In this document: positions 24,571-33,880 of the stretch, piece after piece
How positions within the stretch are numbered: position 1 is the stretch's first letter
Layout: every line of letters starts with the position of its first letter
Assembly (NCBI GenBank): GCA_904502055.1
Contig: CAJGDZ010000001.1
Location: 1-42,945, forward strand
Source of the DNA: an uncultured Clostridia bacterium
Lineage (GTDB): Bacteria > Bacillota > Clostridia > Oscillospirales > CAG-272
Reading direction: 5' to 3'
DNA length: 42,945 nucleotides
Notes under the pieces: model-generated
The model's input: the letters and a program-made list of their open reading frames with translations, nothing else
What the model was told of the DNA's origin: nothing
Database searches by the model: none
Position numbers and translations under genes: made by a program

Positions 24571-25359
24571 GTGCAGTATACGGTTGACGGATTGGTAATA
24601 CGCGAGAGTGAGGCGGGTGAGAACGATAAGCGCTTGATTTTACTCACGCCCGACCGCGGGAGGCTCAGCGTCCTTGCCAAGGGCGCTCGTTCGCTTAAGA
24701 GCAAGTATATGAACAGCACCGCTCTTTTTACCTACGGAAACTACGAGATCACCGAGCGCGGTGAGCACGCGTGGCTTTCGGGGGCGTCGGTGACCGAGTC
24801 CTTTTACGGCATCCGCAACGACATAGAACGGCTGGCACTGGCCTCCTACATCGTGGACGTGGTGTACGAGCTTACGGGCGAATCCGAGGAGGCGTGCGAT
24901 ATGCTGCGACTGGCTCTCAATACGCTGTTCGCCATTGCCAACGACTACAAGCCGCGTCCGCTCATTAAGGCGGTCTTTGAGTTCCGTGCGATGACCATGT
25001 CGGGCTATCTTCCCAATCTGGAGACCTGCTCGGTGTGCGGCAGGACCAGGGGGAGCTATATGTATCTTGACGTGATGAACGGTGAGATGAAGTGCGCCGA
25101 ATGCTTACATACCGTGGAGCTTAAAAAAACAGCAGCGGAGGACGAGATCCGCGATGCGCGTATTCTTTCGCCGCTTGGCGGCGGTGCGCTGGCGGCGGCG
25201 CGGTACATCATTGAGGCGCCGATCGAGAGGCTGCTTTCCTTTAATCCCGAGGAGATCACAGTTTCCGAGCTTGCGAGAATGAGCGAGACCTACCTTTTGC
25301 ATCATCTGGAGCGAAGCTTTTCCTCGCTGGATTTTTATCGTAACGTAACAAAAATGTAA
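24571..25359 (+). CDS. recO: DNA repair protein RecO
   Basis: 262 aa with a GTG start. It has an N-terminal OB fold (VDGLVIRESEAGENDKRLILLTPDRGRLSVLAKGARS) and a zinc motif CSVCG...CAEC. Confidence 0.88.
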   Translation: MQYTVDGLVIRESEAGENDKRLILLTPDRGRLSVLAKGARSLKSKYMNSTALFTYGNYEITERGEHAWLSGASVTESFYGIRNDIERLALASYIVDVVYELTGESEEACDMLRLALNTLFAIANDYKPRPLIKAVFEFRAMTMSGYLPNLETCSVCGRTRGSYMYLDVMNGEMKCAECLHTVELKKTAAEDEIRDARILSPLGGGALAAARYIIEAPIERLLSFNPEEITVSELARMSETYLLHHLERSFSSLDFYRNVTKM

Positions 25360-27755
25360 TGGAAGAAAAAATGGACGAGAAGAATTTACACACACTGGAA
25401 TTTACCAAAATACGCGAGATGCTGGCGACCTATGCCCTCACCGAGGGCGCAAAGGCGCGTGCGCTCGCGCTTTTGCCGGCCAAGGATCCCATAGAGGCAA
25501 GGCTTCTTCAAGCGCAGACGACCGATGCCAGACGCCTCATCGACCACAAGGGAATGCCGTCCTTCGGTATGGTGAAGGATATCGCTGACGCCTGCGAGCG
25601 CGCGGACAAGGGGGCAACCCTCAGCACCGGCGAGCTTCTGGCAGTTGCGAATGTGCTTCGCACGTCGCGCTCTCTTTTGGAATATATCCGCACCAACAAG
25701 CTGTTTGAGACCTCGCTTGATGAGATCTTTGAGCGCCTGATGCCGGGTCGCACGCTTGAGGACAAGATCACGCGCGCCATCATCAGTGAGGATCAGATCG
25801 CTGACGAGGCCAGCCGCGAGCTGTCGGATATCCGTCGGCGAATCCGCCTTGAGGGCAATCGCATCAAGGAGATGCTTCAAAAGTACATTACCGGCGGCTC
25901 GTACGCTAAATACTTGCGCGACAACATCGTAACAGTCAAAAACGGGCGTTACGTGATTCCTGTAAGAGCCGAATGTAAGAATGAGATAAAGGGTCTGATC
26001 CATGATACGTCGGCAACCGGCTCCACCATTTTTGTCGAGCCCTCGGCGGTGGTAGACGCCAACAATGAGATCCGCATTCTCCAGACCAAGGAGGAGCACG
26101 AGATCGAGCGCATCCTTGCCGAGCTTTCGGGCGAGGTGGCGGCCATTGAGCACGTAGTCCGTATGGATTATCTGAATATCACCGAGCTTGCCTACACCTT
26201 CGCGTGCGGCGAGTTCTCACGCCGTCTGAATGCGACCGAGGCGCGCATTACCGAGGATCGCGCCGTGCGCCTGATCCGCGCGCGCCACCCTCTTATCGAT
26301 AAGGACAAGGTGGTTCCCGTAGACATTACGGTGGGGGGCGAGTACGATTCGCTGATCATTACCGGTCCCAACACCGGCGGTAAGACCGTAACGCTCAAGA
26401 CCGTCGGACTTTTTGCTCTGATGGCAAGAGCCGGCCTTCACATTCCGGCCGAGGAATCCTCGTCGATCTGCTTCTTTGACGAGGTGTTGGTCGATATCGG
26501 CGACGAGCAGAGCATTGAGCAGTCACTGTCCACCTTCAGCTCGCATATGGTCAACATCGTTTCCATCCTTGAAAGAGTGGGTAACCGCTCACTGGTGCTT
26601 TTTGACGAGCTTGGCGGCGGCACCGATCCCGTCGAGGGCGCGGCGCTTGCCGTGGCCATCATTGATACCGTGCGCGAGAAGGGCGCTCTTTGCGTGGCGA
26701 CCACGCACTATTCCGAGCTCAAGGCCTATGCGCTGGACACGGTGGGCGTTTGCAACGCCTCGTGTGAGTTTGACGTAGAGACCCTGCGCCCGACATACCG
26801 ACTGGTGATCGGCGCGCCCGGAAAATCCAACGCGTTTGCCATTTCGGGCAAGCTGGGCCTCTCGCCCGAGATCATTGAAAAGGCAAAGGGAAACGTCAGC
26901 GCGGAAAACCGCCGCTTTGAGGACATCATCGAAAAACTGGAAAAAAGCCGCTTGGAAATGGAAAAGCGACTTGCTGAAGCCGAAAACATGCGTGCGACCT
27001 ACGAAAAATACAAGGCAGATGCCGAACGCACCATCGGCAAACGCCTGAAGGACTCCGAAAAGATGCTGGAGGACGCCAAAAATAAGGCGGCGGCTGTTAT
27101 GGAGAGTGCCAAGGCGTCCAGTGCCTTTGTGTTTGCTCAGCTGGAGGAGATCCGCAAAAAGCAGGAGGCGGCCAACTTCGGTGAGGAGCTGGAGCGCACG
27201 CGCCGCGCGGTGCGCGGTCACATCCGCGATAATGAGGACAAGTATAACCCCGTAAGCGAGAGAACCAACGAGAATTACGTGCTTCCGCGTTCGCTTCGCA
27301 AGGGCGATCGCGTCCTTTTGGTCGATCTGGACAAGGAGGCGACGGTTCTTGAGCTTCCCGACGCGCAGGGCAATGTGCAGGTGCAGGCGGGTATCATCCG
27401 CACGCGCACAAAGCTTGCCAATCTTCGTCTTGTGGAGGAGGGGGCGACCTTTACCGATAAGGAGAATCAGAAAAGGGCAGTCAGCACCTATCGCAAAAAG
27501 ACCAGCTCGGATTGCATTGACGAGATCGATCTCAGAGGCAAGACGGGGGAGGAAGCGTGGGCGGCTGTGGACAAGTATCTGGACGACGCTATGCTTTCGG
27601 GCTTCCATACCGTACATCTTATTCACGGAAAGGGAACGGGGGCGCTGAAAAACGCGCTCTGGCAGTATCTCAGGGGGGACAAGCGTATTCGCAGCTTCCG
27701 CATCGGGCAGTACGGTGAGGGTGACGGCGGTGTTACGGTTGTTGAGCTGAAATGA
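25359..27755 (+). CDS. mutS2: endonuclease MutS2 (MutS ATPase + Smr domain)
   Basis: 798 aa with Walker A GPNTGGKT, LFDELGGGTDP and a C-terminal Smr domain (IDLRGKTGEEA...HGKGTGALK). The ATG overlaps the recO TAA by 1 nt. The alternative start ATG 25371 cannot be excluded. Confidence 0.9.
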   Translation: MEEKMDEKNLHTLEFTKIREMLATYALTEGAKARALALLPAKDPIEARLLQAQTTDARRLIDHKGMPSFGMVKDIADACERADKGATLSTGELLAVANVLRTSRSLLEYIRTNKLFETSLDEIFERLMPGRTLEDKITRAIISEDQIADEASRELSDIRRRIRLEGNRIKEMLQKYITGGSYAKYLRDNIVTVKNGRYVIPVRAECKNEIKGLIHDTSATGSTIFVEPSAVVDANNEIRILQTKEEHEIERILAELSGEVAAIEHVVRMDYLNITELAYTFACGEFSRRLNATEARITEDRAVRLIRARHPLIDKDKVVPVDITVGGEYDSLIITGPNTGGKTVTLKTVGLFALMARAGLHIPAEESSSICFFDEVLVDIGDEQSIEQSLSTFSSHMVNIVSILERVGNRSLVLFDELGGGTDPVEGAALAVAIIDTVREKGALCVATTHYSELKAYALDTVGVCNASCEFDVETLRPTYRLVIGAPGKSNAFAISGKLGLSPEIIEKAKGNVSAENRRFEDIIEKLEKSRLEMEKRLAEAENMRATYEKYKADAERTIGKRLKDSEKMLEDAKNKAAAVMESAKASSAFVFAQLEEIRKKQEAANFGEELERTRRAVRGHIRDNEDKYNPVSERTNENYVLPRSLRKGDRVLLVDLDKEATVLELPDAQGNVQVQAGIIRTRTKLANLRLVEEGATFTDKENQKRAVSTYRKKTSSDCIDEIDLRGKTGEEAWAAVDKYLDDAMLSGFHTVHLIHGKGTGALKNALWQYLRGDKRIRSFRIGQYGEGDGGVTVVELK

Positions 27756-27837
27756 CGTCGAATTCGGGCGTTTTCCCCATAGTGCGACGGTGTTTTTTGT
27801 TAACATTCACAAAAAAATAAAAAACTGTTAAAAAACC

Positions 27838-27866
27838 TTTTCAAAACTCGAATTTTGTGATATAAT
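27838..27866 (+). promoter_or_regulatory. candidate sigma-A promoter of prs
   Basis: TATAAT with a TGa extended -10. The -35 is weak (TTTTCA) at 17-nt spacing. Confidence 0.45.
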
Positions 27867-27904
27867 GGGGTTGTAAAATAAATAAAATTTTTCGGGGGGA
27901 TTTT

Positions 27905-29044
27905 ATGCAGGACAATCTTTTTGGCGATCTCAGTGTTATCAGCCTTCGCGGCGGTGAGCAGTTTGCCTCGCAGGTTGACTATTATCTTAAGGAATGGCGC
28001 AATCACGGAGAGGACAAGACCTACATCGTCCCTACCGAGTGTCCGAGATTCGGAACGGGTGAGGCCAAGGGTGCTGTGCATCAGTCGCTTCGCGGCCACG
28101 ATATTTACATCATTGCCGATGTTTTCAACTACGGCGTGACCTACAATATGTACGGTCAGCAGGTGCCCATGAGCCCCGACGATCATTACGCCGATCTTAA
28201 GCGTATCATCGCGGCCATCGAGGGCAAGGCAAGACGCGTTTCGGTCATTATGCCGATGCTTTACGAGGGCAGACAGCACAAGCGCTCCTCGCGCGAGTCG
28301 CTCGACTGTGCGATGATGCTTCAGGAGCTTGTGGGTATGGGTGTATCGAATATCATTACGTTCGACGCGCATGACGCAAGAGTTCAGAATGCGATCCCCC
28401 TGCATGGTTTTGACGACGTTCGTCCTTCGTATCAGATGCTCAAAGCACTTGTTCGTGCCGTCCCCGATATTTCGATCGATAAGGATGACCTCATTTTCAT
28501 CTCGCCCGACGAGGGTGCAATGGGGCGCAGCATGTACTACGCTTCGGTTCTCGGCCTTGAGGTCGGTATGTTCTATAAGCGCCGTAACTATTCCATCGTG
28601 GTCAACGGTAAGAATCCCATTGAGGCGCACGAGTACTTAGGAAAGGATCTTTCGGGCAAGGATGCGATCATCGTTGACGATATGATTGCTTCGGGTGAGT
28701 CGCTCATTGACGTTGCCTGCCAGCTCAAGGAGAAGGGCGTAAAGCGTATCTTCAACTTTGCCACCTTCGGTTTGTTTACCGAGGGCTTTGACAAGTTTGA
28801 TAAGGCGTATGCGGATGGTCTTATTGACAAGATCTTTACCACCAACCTCATTTATCACCGTCCGGGTCTGATCGAAAAGCCCTGGTACTGTGAGGTAAAC
28901 ATGAGCAAATACGTGGCGTACATCATTGACACGCTCAATCACGATCATTCGATCAGCTCGCTTCTTAATCCTGTGCAGAGAATTCACAATCTTGTGGAAA
29001 AGCAAAAGGCGGGTCAGGGCGGCCAGATCAAAATTGAGTTTTAA
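27905..29044 (+). CDS. prs: ribose-phosphate diphosphokinase family protein (long form)
   Basis: 379 aa: ...RFGTGEAKG...HDIYIIADV...DLKRIIAAIEGKARRVSVIMPMLYEGRQHKR...ITFDAHD... The PRPP loop is IIVDDMIASGESL. Confidence 0.8.
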   Translation: MQDNLFGDLSVISLRGGEQFASQVDYYLKEWRNHGEDKTYIVPTECPRFGTGEAKGAVHQSLRGHDIYIIADVFNYGVTYNMYGQQVPMSPDDHYADLKRIIAAIEGKARRVSVIMPMLYEGRQHKRSSRESLDCAMMLQELVGMGVSNIITFDAHDARVQNAIPLHGFDDVRPSYQMLKALVRAVPDISIDKDDLIFISPDEGAMGRSMYYASVLGLEVGMFYKRRNYSIVVNGKNPIEAHEYLGKDLSGKDAIIVDDMIASGESLIDVACQLKEKGVKRIFNFATFGLFTEGFDKFDKAYADGLIDKIFTTNLIYHRPGLIEKPWYCEVNMSKYVAYIIDTLNHDHSISSLLNPVQRIHNLVEKQKAGQGGQIKIEF

Positions 29045-29060
29045 AAAGCAACATATTATA

Positions 29061-29092
29061 AAGATGCCGAAGAAATTTCGGCATCTTTTTTT
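29061..29092 (+). terminator. prs intrinsic terminator
   Basis: AGATGCCGAA-gaaat-TTCGGCATCT followed by TTTTTT. Confidence 0.8.
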
Positions 29093-29149
29093 GGGGGAAA
29101 TTTCTTTTCGTGAAAAGTGACAAATTTTAAGAAGAATTCAAGAATTCTC

Positions 29150-29178
29150 TTGACAAAGCATGGAAACTGTGATAGAAT
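29150..29178 (+). promoter_or_regulatory. sigma-A type promoter of the surface-protein gene
   Basis: TTGACA-17 nt-TAGAAT with a TGa extended -10. Confidence 0.55.
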
Positions 29179-29272
29179 ATCGATGTATTAGAGATGAAGG
29201 GATTTTATCCGAAAATCTCTAAAGATCCGATGCCCAAAAGGTATCAAAATTATTTACATAAGGAGAAAAGTT

Positions 29273-30232
29273 ATGAAGAAGATTTTGAGTTGCGTTCTTG
29301 TTGTGCTTATGCTTGCTGCTCTCATGGCTGTTTCCGTTGGCGCACGCGTTGGCGAAGAGTACAAGAACTATGGCGAAGTTTATATCGATGACAATGCCGA
29401 TATCAGACTTGATGCCGAGATGGAGGACGTGTATAAGAAGAGCACGGCTTGGGAAATCAAGTACGTTCACCTTGGCTACAAGAATGCAGGCACGGCTACC
29501 GAGACCCCCGAGGGTCCCGTTCCCGCAGATGCAGTTACTCCCACTTCTTGGTGGCGTTTTGCAGGCCTGAATCAGGGCGACGTTGTTCCGGAAGGCGTAG
29601 CCACCGGTACCGGTTACATGGTTTATGACGGCGAGTACCTTTGGGTTTTCGTTGACATCATTGATGATCACCTGGAAACCAAGGCTCCCGATGCGCTCAG
29701 CTCTTCCTTCCGTCAGGACTCTGTGGAGTTCCAGATGGACTGGACCAATGACGCTATTAACAACGGCGCACAGATCTACCAGGCTCGTATGACTCACGAG
29801 GGTTACATTTCCGGCCGTGAGGGTCAGAAGGGTGAGTCCCTGTTCGGTTCGATCGACGACGGCGGTGACTATCCCGTAACCTGGCTGAAGGGTGACGCTA
29901 AGCACACCGATGCCGGTTGGGCTTGCGAGTTCCGTATCAAGGTTCCGGAGACCTTTAACCAGGAGTACTTCTCCTTCGCACTTCTCATTAATGACTTTGA
30001 CGAGACTGCAGACGGTACCAACGTTTCCTCTCGTGTCATGGTTTGTGCAGACGATGTAAACGGCTCTGCTCAGTGGTACGGCCACAAGTATGGTTACATC
30101 AAGTTCGATTACCTTGCTCATCAGCCTGAGACCGGTGACATGACCCTTGTTTACGTAGCAGTAGCAATGGTTCTGGCTCTTGGTCTTGCCGCAGGAACGG
30201 TTGTTTCTCTCAAGAAGAGAAGCGCAAAGTAA
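29273..30232 (+). CDS. secreted CBM9/DOMON-like carbohydrate-binding-type protein with a C-terminal sortase-like anchor signal
   Basis: 319 aa. The signal peptide is MKKILSCVLVVLMLAALMAVSVGA. The core YMVYDGEYLWVFVDIIDDHLE...DSVEFQMDW resembles CBM9-like modules. The C-terminus is QPETGD, then a 23-aa hydrophobic stretch, then KKRSAK. Confidence 0.6.
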   Translation: MKKILSCVLVVLMLAALMAVSVGARVGEEYKNYGEVYIDDNADIRLDAEMEDVYKKSTAWEIKYVHLGYKNAGTATETPEGPVPADAVTPTSWWRFAGLNQGDVVPEGVATGTGYMVYDGEYLWVFVDIIDDHLETKAPDALSSSFRQDSVEFQMDWTNDAINNGAQIYQARMTHEGYISGREGQKGESLFGSIDDGGDYPVTWLKGDAKHTDAGWACEFRIKVPETFNQEYFSFALLINDFDETADGTNVSSRVMVCADDVNGSAQWYGHKYGYIKFDYLAHQPETGDMTLVYVAVAMVLALGLAAGTVVSLKKRSAK

Positions 30233-30264
30233 GCTTATATCTACTTCATTGTAATATTCATAGC

Positions 30265-30296
30265 AGGGACACTCTTTTTAGGGTGTCCTTGTTTTA
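30265..30296 (+). terminator. intrinsic terminator
   Basis: The stem AGGGACAC/GTGTCCTT includes a G-U pair and has a 10-nt loop. GTTTTATTT follows. Confidence 0.55.
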
Positions 30297-30300
30297 TTTA

Positions 30301-30329
30301 TTGCATTTTTTAAATGAATGTGCTATAAT
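30301..30329 (+). promoter_or_regulatory. sigma-A type promoter of the ZIP transporter gene
   Basis: TTGCAT-17 nt-TATAAT with a TGc extended -10. Confidence 0.55.
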
Positions 30330-30371
30330 AGGGATTAAGGATAAGGAAATACGGCAAAAAGGAGAATGGGT

Positions 30372-31130
30372 ATGGAATTGGTATTGCTGACGGCACTGGG
30401 CGTGGGATTGGCCACGGTCTTTGGAGCCCTGATCGGTTTTTGCTTTAAAAACGTATCTCATAAATTCAACGATATCATCCTCAGCTTTGCGGCGGGCGTT
30501 ATGCTTGCGGCGGCGGTGATGGGACTCATTTTCCCTGCGCTGGAATCGGGCGGCCGCTTTTCGGTGCCCGTTACAGTGCTTGGTGTTTTTGCCGGTGCGA
30601 TCTTTCTGCAGCTGATCGACCGTTTTGTTCCGCATCTGCATCGCTTGGCGGGTGCGGACACTGAGTCGCACAGCAAAAAGCAGGAGCATATACACAAGAT
30701 CATGCTTTTCGTGTTGGCGATTGCCATTCACAATTTTCCGGAGGGTATTGCCGCAGGTGTTGGCTTCGGAACCGGAAACACTGCCGAGGCACTTACCATT
30801 GCGGGAGGTATTGCGCTCCAGAATATTCCCGAGGGTATGGTCATCATCGGCCCGATGCTGGCCGGCGGTGTCAGCAAAAAGCGGACGCTTTTGATTGCCA
30901 TTGCAACCGGACTTGTGGAAGTGATCGGAACGTTGATCGGCTTCTTTGCGGTCAGTCTTTCGGCATCGATTTTGCCTTTTGCATTGGCATTTGCCGGGGG
31001 AACGATGCTGTATATCATCAGCGACGAGATGATTCCCGAAACACACGCGCACGGGAATGAACGTGCTGCTACCTATGCCTTGCTTGTCGGCTTCTGTGTG
31101 ATGATGCTTGTGGATTTTTATCTGGGATAA
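30372..31130 (+). CDS. ZIP-family divalent metal transporter (ZupT/GufA-like)
   Basis: About 252 aa polytopic protein with the HNFPEGIA motif and a second NIPEGM motif. ATG 30372 is 7 nt after GGAGA. ATG 30366 is too close to the SD. Confidence 0.85.
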   Translation: MELVLLTALGVGLATVFGALIGFCFKNVSHKFNDIILSFAAGVMLAAAVMGLIFPALESGGRFSVPVTVLGVFAGAIFLQLIDRFVPHLHRLAGADTESHSKKQEHIHKIMLFVLAIAIHNFPEGIAAGVGFGTGNTAEALTIAGGIALQNIPEGMVIIGPMLAGGVSKKRTLLIAIATGLVEVIGTLIGFFAVSLSASILPFALAFAGGTMLYIISDEMIPETHAHGNERAATYALLVGFCVMMLVDFYLG

Positions 31131-31132
31131 AA

Positions 31133-31163
31133 AAGATGGGACGTTTTAAGTCCCATCTTTTTC
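31133..31163. terminator. bidirectional intrinsic terminator
   Basis: AAGATGGGAC-gttttaa-GTCCCATCTT is flanked by AAAA and TTTT. It sits between the convergent ZIP and rqcH genes. Confidence 0.8.
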
Positions 31164-31206
31164 TTTAAATTTTGATTTGTGAAATATACAAGCGATTGGC
31201 GTGATT

Positions 31207-32973
31207 CTATTTGATTCGTAGGCGGCGGATTTCGTCGGCGTTTGGCGTAACGTAAGCCGTCCAGTTGGTATGGTAAATGACAAAGCCGGGACGGGCGGCA
31301 GGAGGCTTTTTGATATTTTTGGCAAGCGAATAGTCTACCGCAATGTTCTGTCCGCCGTAGGCTTTGGAATGATACGCGGCAATCTCGGCCGCCTGCGTGA
31401 AATCGCGGTCGGTCGGCTCCTTACCCTCGCAAACCAGGACTACGTGCGAGCCGGCGGTGTTTTTGGCGTGGAACCAGTAGTCAAGCTTTGCGGCAAGACG
31501 AAACGTGATATACTCGTTCTGAAGGTTGTTTTTTCCGCAAAGAACGGTAAGGCCGTCATCGGTCTTGAATTTTGCCACGGTCGGTGTGGCGGATCTTCGT
31601 CCGCCGCACTCCTGCTTCATACGCGAAGCATAGCCGCTTCGATGGAGCTCGTCGCGGATTTCATTTAGGTCGCTCGGCGATTCGGCACGCTCCAGTGAGT
31701 CTGCTACCGAATTCAGATATTCGATCTCAACCAGATCCAGCTCGATCTGTTTGGTGAGTTCGGTTCGGGCGTTTTTGGATTTGTTGTATTTTTTGTAAAG
31801 GCGCTGCGCATTGGCAGAAGGCGAGAGGCGCTCATCCAGCTCGATTTGCATCATCTTTGGATTGCCCTCGTCGTCGTAGTTCTCGTAATCGGGCAAAAGA
31901 GCCTCCTTCATGCCACGCTTCAAGAGATAAATGTTGGCGGTGATGACGTCGCCCATTTTTTTGAATTCCTCGCCCTTCACGCAATCGGCAAGCTCCGCAC
32001 GTTGAAGCTCCAGCTTTTTGGTAACACGTGCAAGCGCGTTGGCAATCAGCTTTTGCACGTCCGAGGCACGCTGTCGCACACGCTGCTCGCGGTCACGGGT
32101 TTGGAAATACAGATCGAGAAGCTCGCCCGCACTGTCAAGATGCTTGTGTGTGAAATCGTCACCGTACTGCAAAAGATCGCAAAATGCGTATTCCACGGGG
32201 AGATCTCCCCGGCAGATCAACGTGGGTGAGAAGCGCCCGTTTTGAACGTTATCCATCGTTTCGGAGAACTCCTTATAGAGCGCGGAGGCGTTATAGCCGT
32301 CGCAGGGCGTGTCAGTCCTTCCGGTCGCCCGGTACGCGATCTCGCGCGCGATGGCGGCCGAGATGCCCGCAAAGGCCGAGAGAATAAACTTGTCGGCCGG
32401 CTTGCCATTTCCCTCGGTTTTGGCGATCTCCATAAAGGCCTCTCGTGTGATGCCAAGCGGTACATGCTTGTCCTGCTTGGGCGGAAGCTCATACCGCATT
32501 CCGGGCAGAACCTGCCTTAGACTGCTGGTGGTGAAATCCACGGTTTTGAGTGCGGACAGAATTTTTCCGTCGCCGTTTGTAAAGATCAGGTTGCTGTATT
32601 TTCCCATGATCTCGGCAACGAGAAACATCTGACACTCGTAGCCCATCTCGTCGCGTGTTTCAAAGCCGAGCGTTACCACACGCTCAAAGCCCTCCTGCAC
32701 GACCGAAACCAGCTTTGCCCCCTGCAAATGCTTGCGAAGAAGCACGCAAAACATCGGGGGATTCTGCGGATTTTCCTTTTGCTCGGCGGAAAACCCAATA
32801 CGGGGGTTGTTTGCGCCCGCATTGATCAGAAGGCGCTTGCCGCCGCTTTTGGAGCGGATCTGCAAAACGATCTCGTCACGCTCGGGTTGATATACCTTTT
32901 CCACGCGTGCGCCGAGCGACTCCTCACGAATTTCGTGAAGCGTGCACGCCAGCATACCTGCGTCAAATGCCAT
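31207..32973 (-). CDS. rqcH: ribosome quality-control protein RqcH (NFACT / FbpA family)
   Basis: 588 aa. The N-terminus is MAFDAGMLACTLHEIREESLGARVEKVYQPERDEIVLQIRS...NPRIGFS (NFACT-N). A coiled-coil middle and an NFACT-R C-terminus (WFHAKNTAGSHVVL) follow. Confidence 0.88.
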   Translation of the reverse strand: MAFDAGMLACTLHEIREESLGARVEKVYQPERDEIVLQIRSKSGGKRLLINAGANNPRIGFSAEQKENPQNPPMFCVLLRKHLQGAKLVSVVQEGFERVVTLGFETRDEMGYECQMFLVAEIMGKYSNLIFTNGDGKILSALKTVDFTTSSLRQVLPGMRYELPPKQDKHVPLGITREAFMEIAKTEGNGKPADKFILSAFAGISAAIAREIAYRATGRTDTPCDGYNASALYKEFSETMDNVQNGRFSPTLICRGDLPVEYAFCDLLQYGDDFTHKHLDSAGELLDLYFQTRDREQRVRQRASDVQKLIANALARVTKKLELQRAELADCVKGEEFKKMGDVITANIYLLKRGMKEALLPDYENYDDEGNPKMMQIELDERLSPSANAQRLYKKYNKSKNARTELTKQIELDLVEIEYLNSVADSLERAESPSDLNEIRDELHRSGYASRMKQECGGRRSATPTVAKFKTDDGLTVLCGKNNLQNEYITFRLAAKLDYWFHAKNTAGSHVVLVCEGKEPTDRDFTQAAEIAAYHSKAYGGQNIAVDYSLAKNIKKPPAARPGFVIYHTNWTAYVTPNADEIRRLRIK

Positions 32974-33799
32974 AATGAGTCTCCTTCAAAAGCGTGTCGA
33001 CCTCAGCCAGGGAGGGGAACACGTAGTCGGGCTTATCGGCCGCGGCCGCTGCCTCCACGTCTGCCCGTGTGGTTTCGCCCGTCAGAACCAGCACCGAGCA
33101 AACGCCGTGCTTTTTTCCGAGTGCAATGTCAGTATAAAGTCGGTCGCCGAAGATACACATCTCGTCCTTACTTATGCCAACCGCCTCCTCAATCATCTCC
33201 ACTGTTTCGCGGTAGGGCTTACCGAAATAGGTGGGGGTTTTCCCGGTCGATGCCGTGACAAAGGCGGCAATGGCGCCACTATCCGGGATAAATCCGTCCT
33301 CGGTGGGACAGTTGAAATCGGGGTGTGTGGAAAGATATTCCGCACCGCCTCGAACAAAGCGGCAGGCGGCGTTCAGCTTTTCGTAAGTCAGCGAGGTGTC
33401 AAAGCTGGTGACAACGATGTCACATTGCCCGGCGGACTCATCCACAAGCGGAATGCCCTTGCGGCGAAACTCCTCAACCAGCTCGTCCGTGCCGACAAGA
33501 TACACGCTTTTTCCTGCACGGTGACGCCTTAAAAATTCGATCGTGACGTCGCCCGAGGTCATGATCTCGTCCTTTTGCGGCTCAAAGCCGAGGCGCGTGA
33601 GCTTATGGAGGTAAAAATCGTCCGTGTGCGAGGCGTTGTTGGTAAAAAACAAGACCCTTCGACCGCTTGCACGAAGATTTTTCAAAAAGCGAACGGCAAA
33701 ATCAAACACGCGGTTTCCCAGATAAATGGTGCCGTCCATGTCGAAAATATAAAGCTTTTTTTCAAGAATGGGATGAATTTTTGTGGGATTCTTTTTCAT
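32963..33799 (-). CDS. HAD-IIA family sugar-phosphate phosphatase (NagD-like)
   Basis: 278 aa from MKKNPTKIHPILEKKLYIFDMDGTIYLGN (motif I DxDGT), with ...FFTNNAS..., ...GKP..., ...GDRLYTDI... The 584-aa track ORF continues upstream only as the antisense shadow of coaW. Confidence 0.85.
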   Translation of the reverse strand: MKKNPTKIHPILEKKLYIFDMDGTIYLGNRVFDFAVRFLKNLRASGRRVLFFTNNASHTDDFYLHKLTRLGFEPQKDEIMTSGDVTIEFLRRHRAGKSVYLVGTDELVEEFRRKGIPLVDESAGQCDIVVTSFDTSLTYEKLNAACRFVRGGAEYLSTHPDFNCPTEDGFIPDSGAIAAFVTASTGKTPTYFGKPYRETVEMIEEAVGISKDEMCIFGDRLYTDIALGKKHGVCSVLVLTGETTRADVEAAAAADKPDYVFPSLAEVDTLLKETHYGI

Positions 33800-33823
33800 A
33801 ATTGACCTTTTTTTCGGATTTCC

Positions 33824-33852
33824 TTGATTTTTTGATGTTAAGATGTTATAAT
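33824..33852 (+). promoter_or_regulatory. sigma-A type promoter of coaW
   Basis: TTGATT-17 nt-TATAAT. It overlaps the ORF-track ATG 33851, which argues for the ATG 33881 start. Confidence 0.55.
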
Positions 33853-33880
33853 GATAAAAAATGTGTGCAAAGGAACGGAT

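Noticed and set aside
25359-25371. Alternative MutS2 start at ATG 25371, and the 35-nt yqfD/phoH overlap as a possible misannotation
   Set aside because: These are not errors I can demonstrate. The phoH N-terminal conserved region (TLKLFGSFD...) requires the upstream start. The two mutS2 starts differ by only 4 codons.
26589-27806. 405-aa ORF on the - strand
   Set aside because: It is antisense to mutS2.
29132-29147. Tandem AAGAATTC AAGAATTC direct repeat just upstream of the -35 of the surface-protein promoter
   Set aside because: It is only two 8-mers in A/T-rich DNA. That is too short to distinguish an operator from chance without comparative data.
30303-30315. Small inverted repeat CATTT-ttt-AAATG inside the ZIP transporter promoter, considered as a possible Zur/metalloregulator box
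   Set aside because: The arms are only 5 bp, and it does not resemble the Zur consensus I know (about TAAATCGTAATnATTACGATTTA). It is not supportable.
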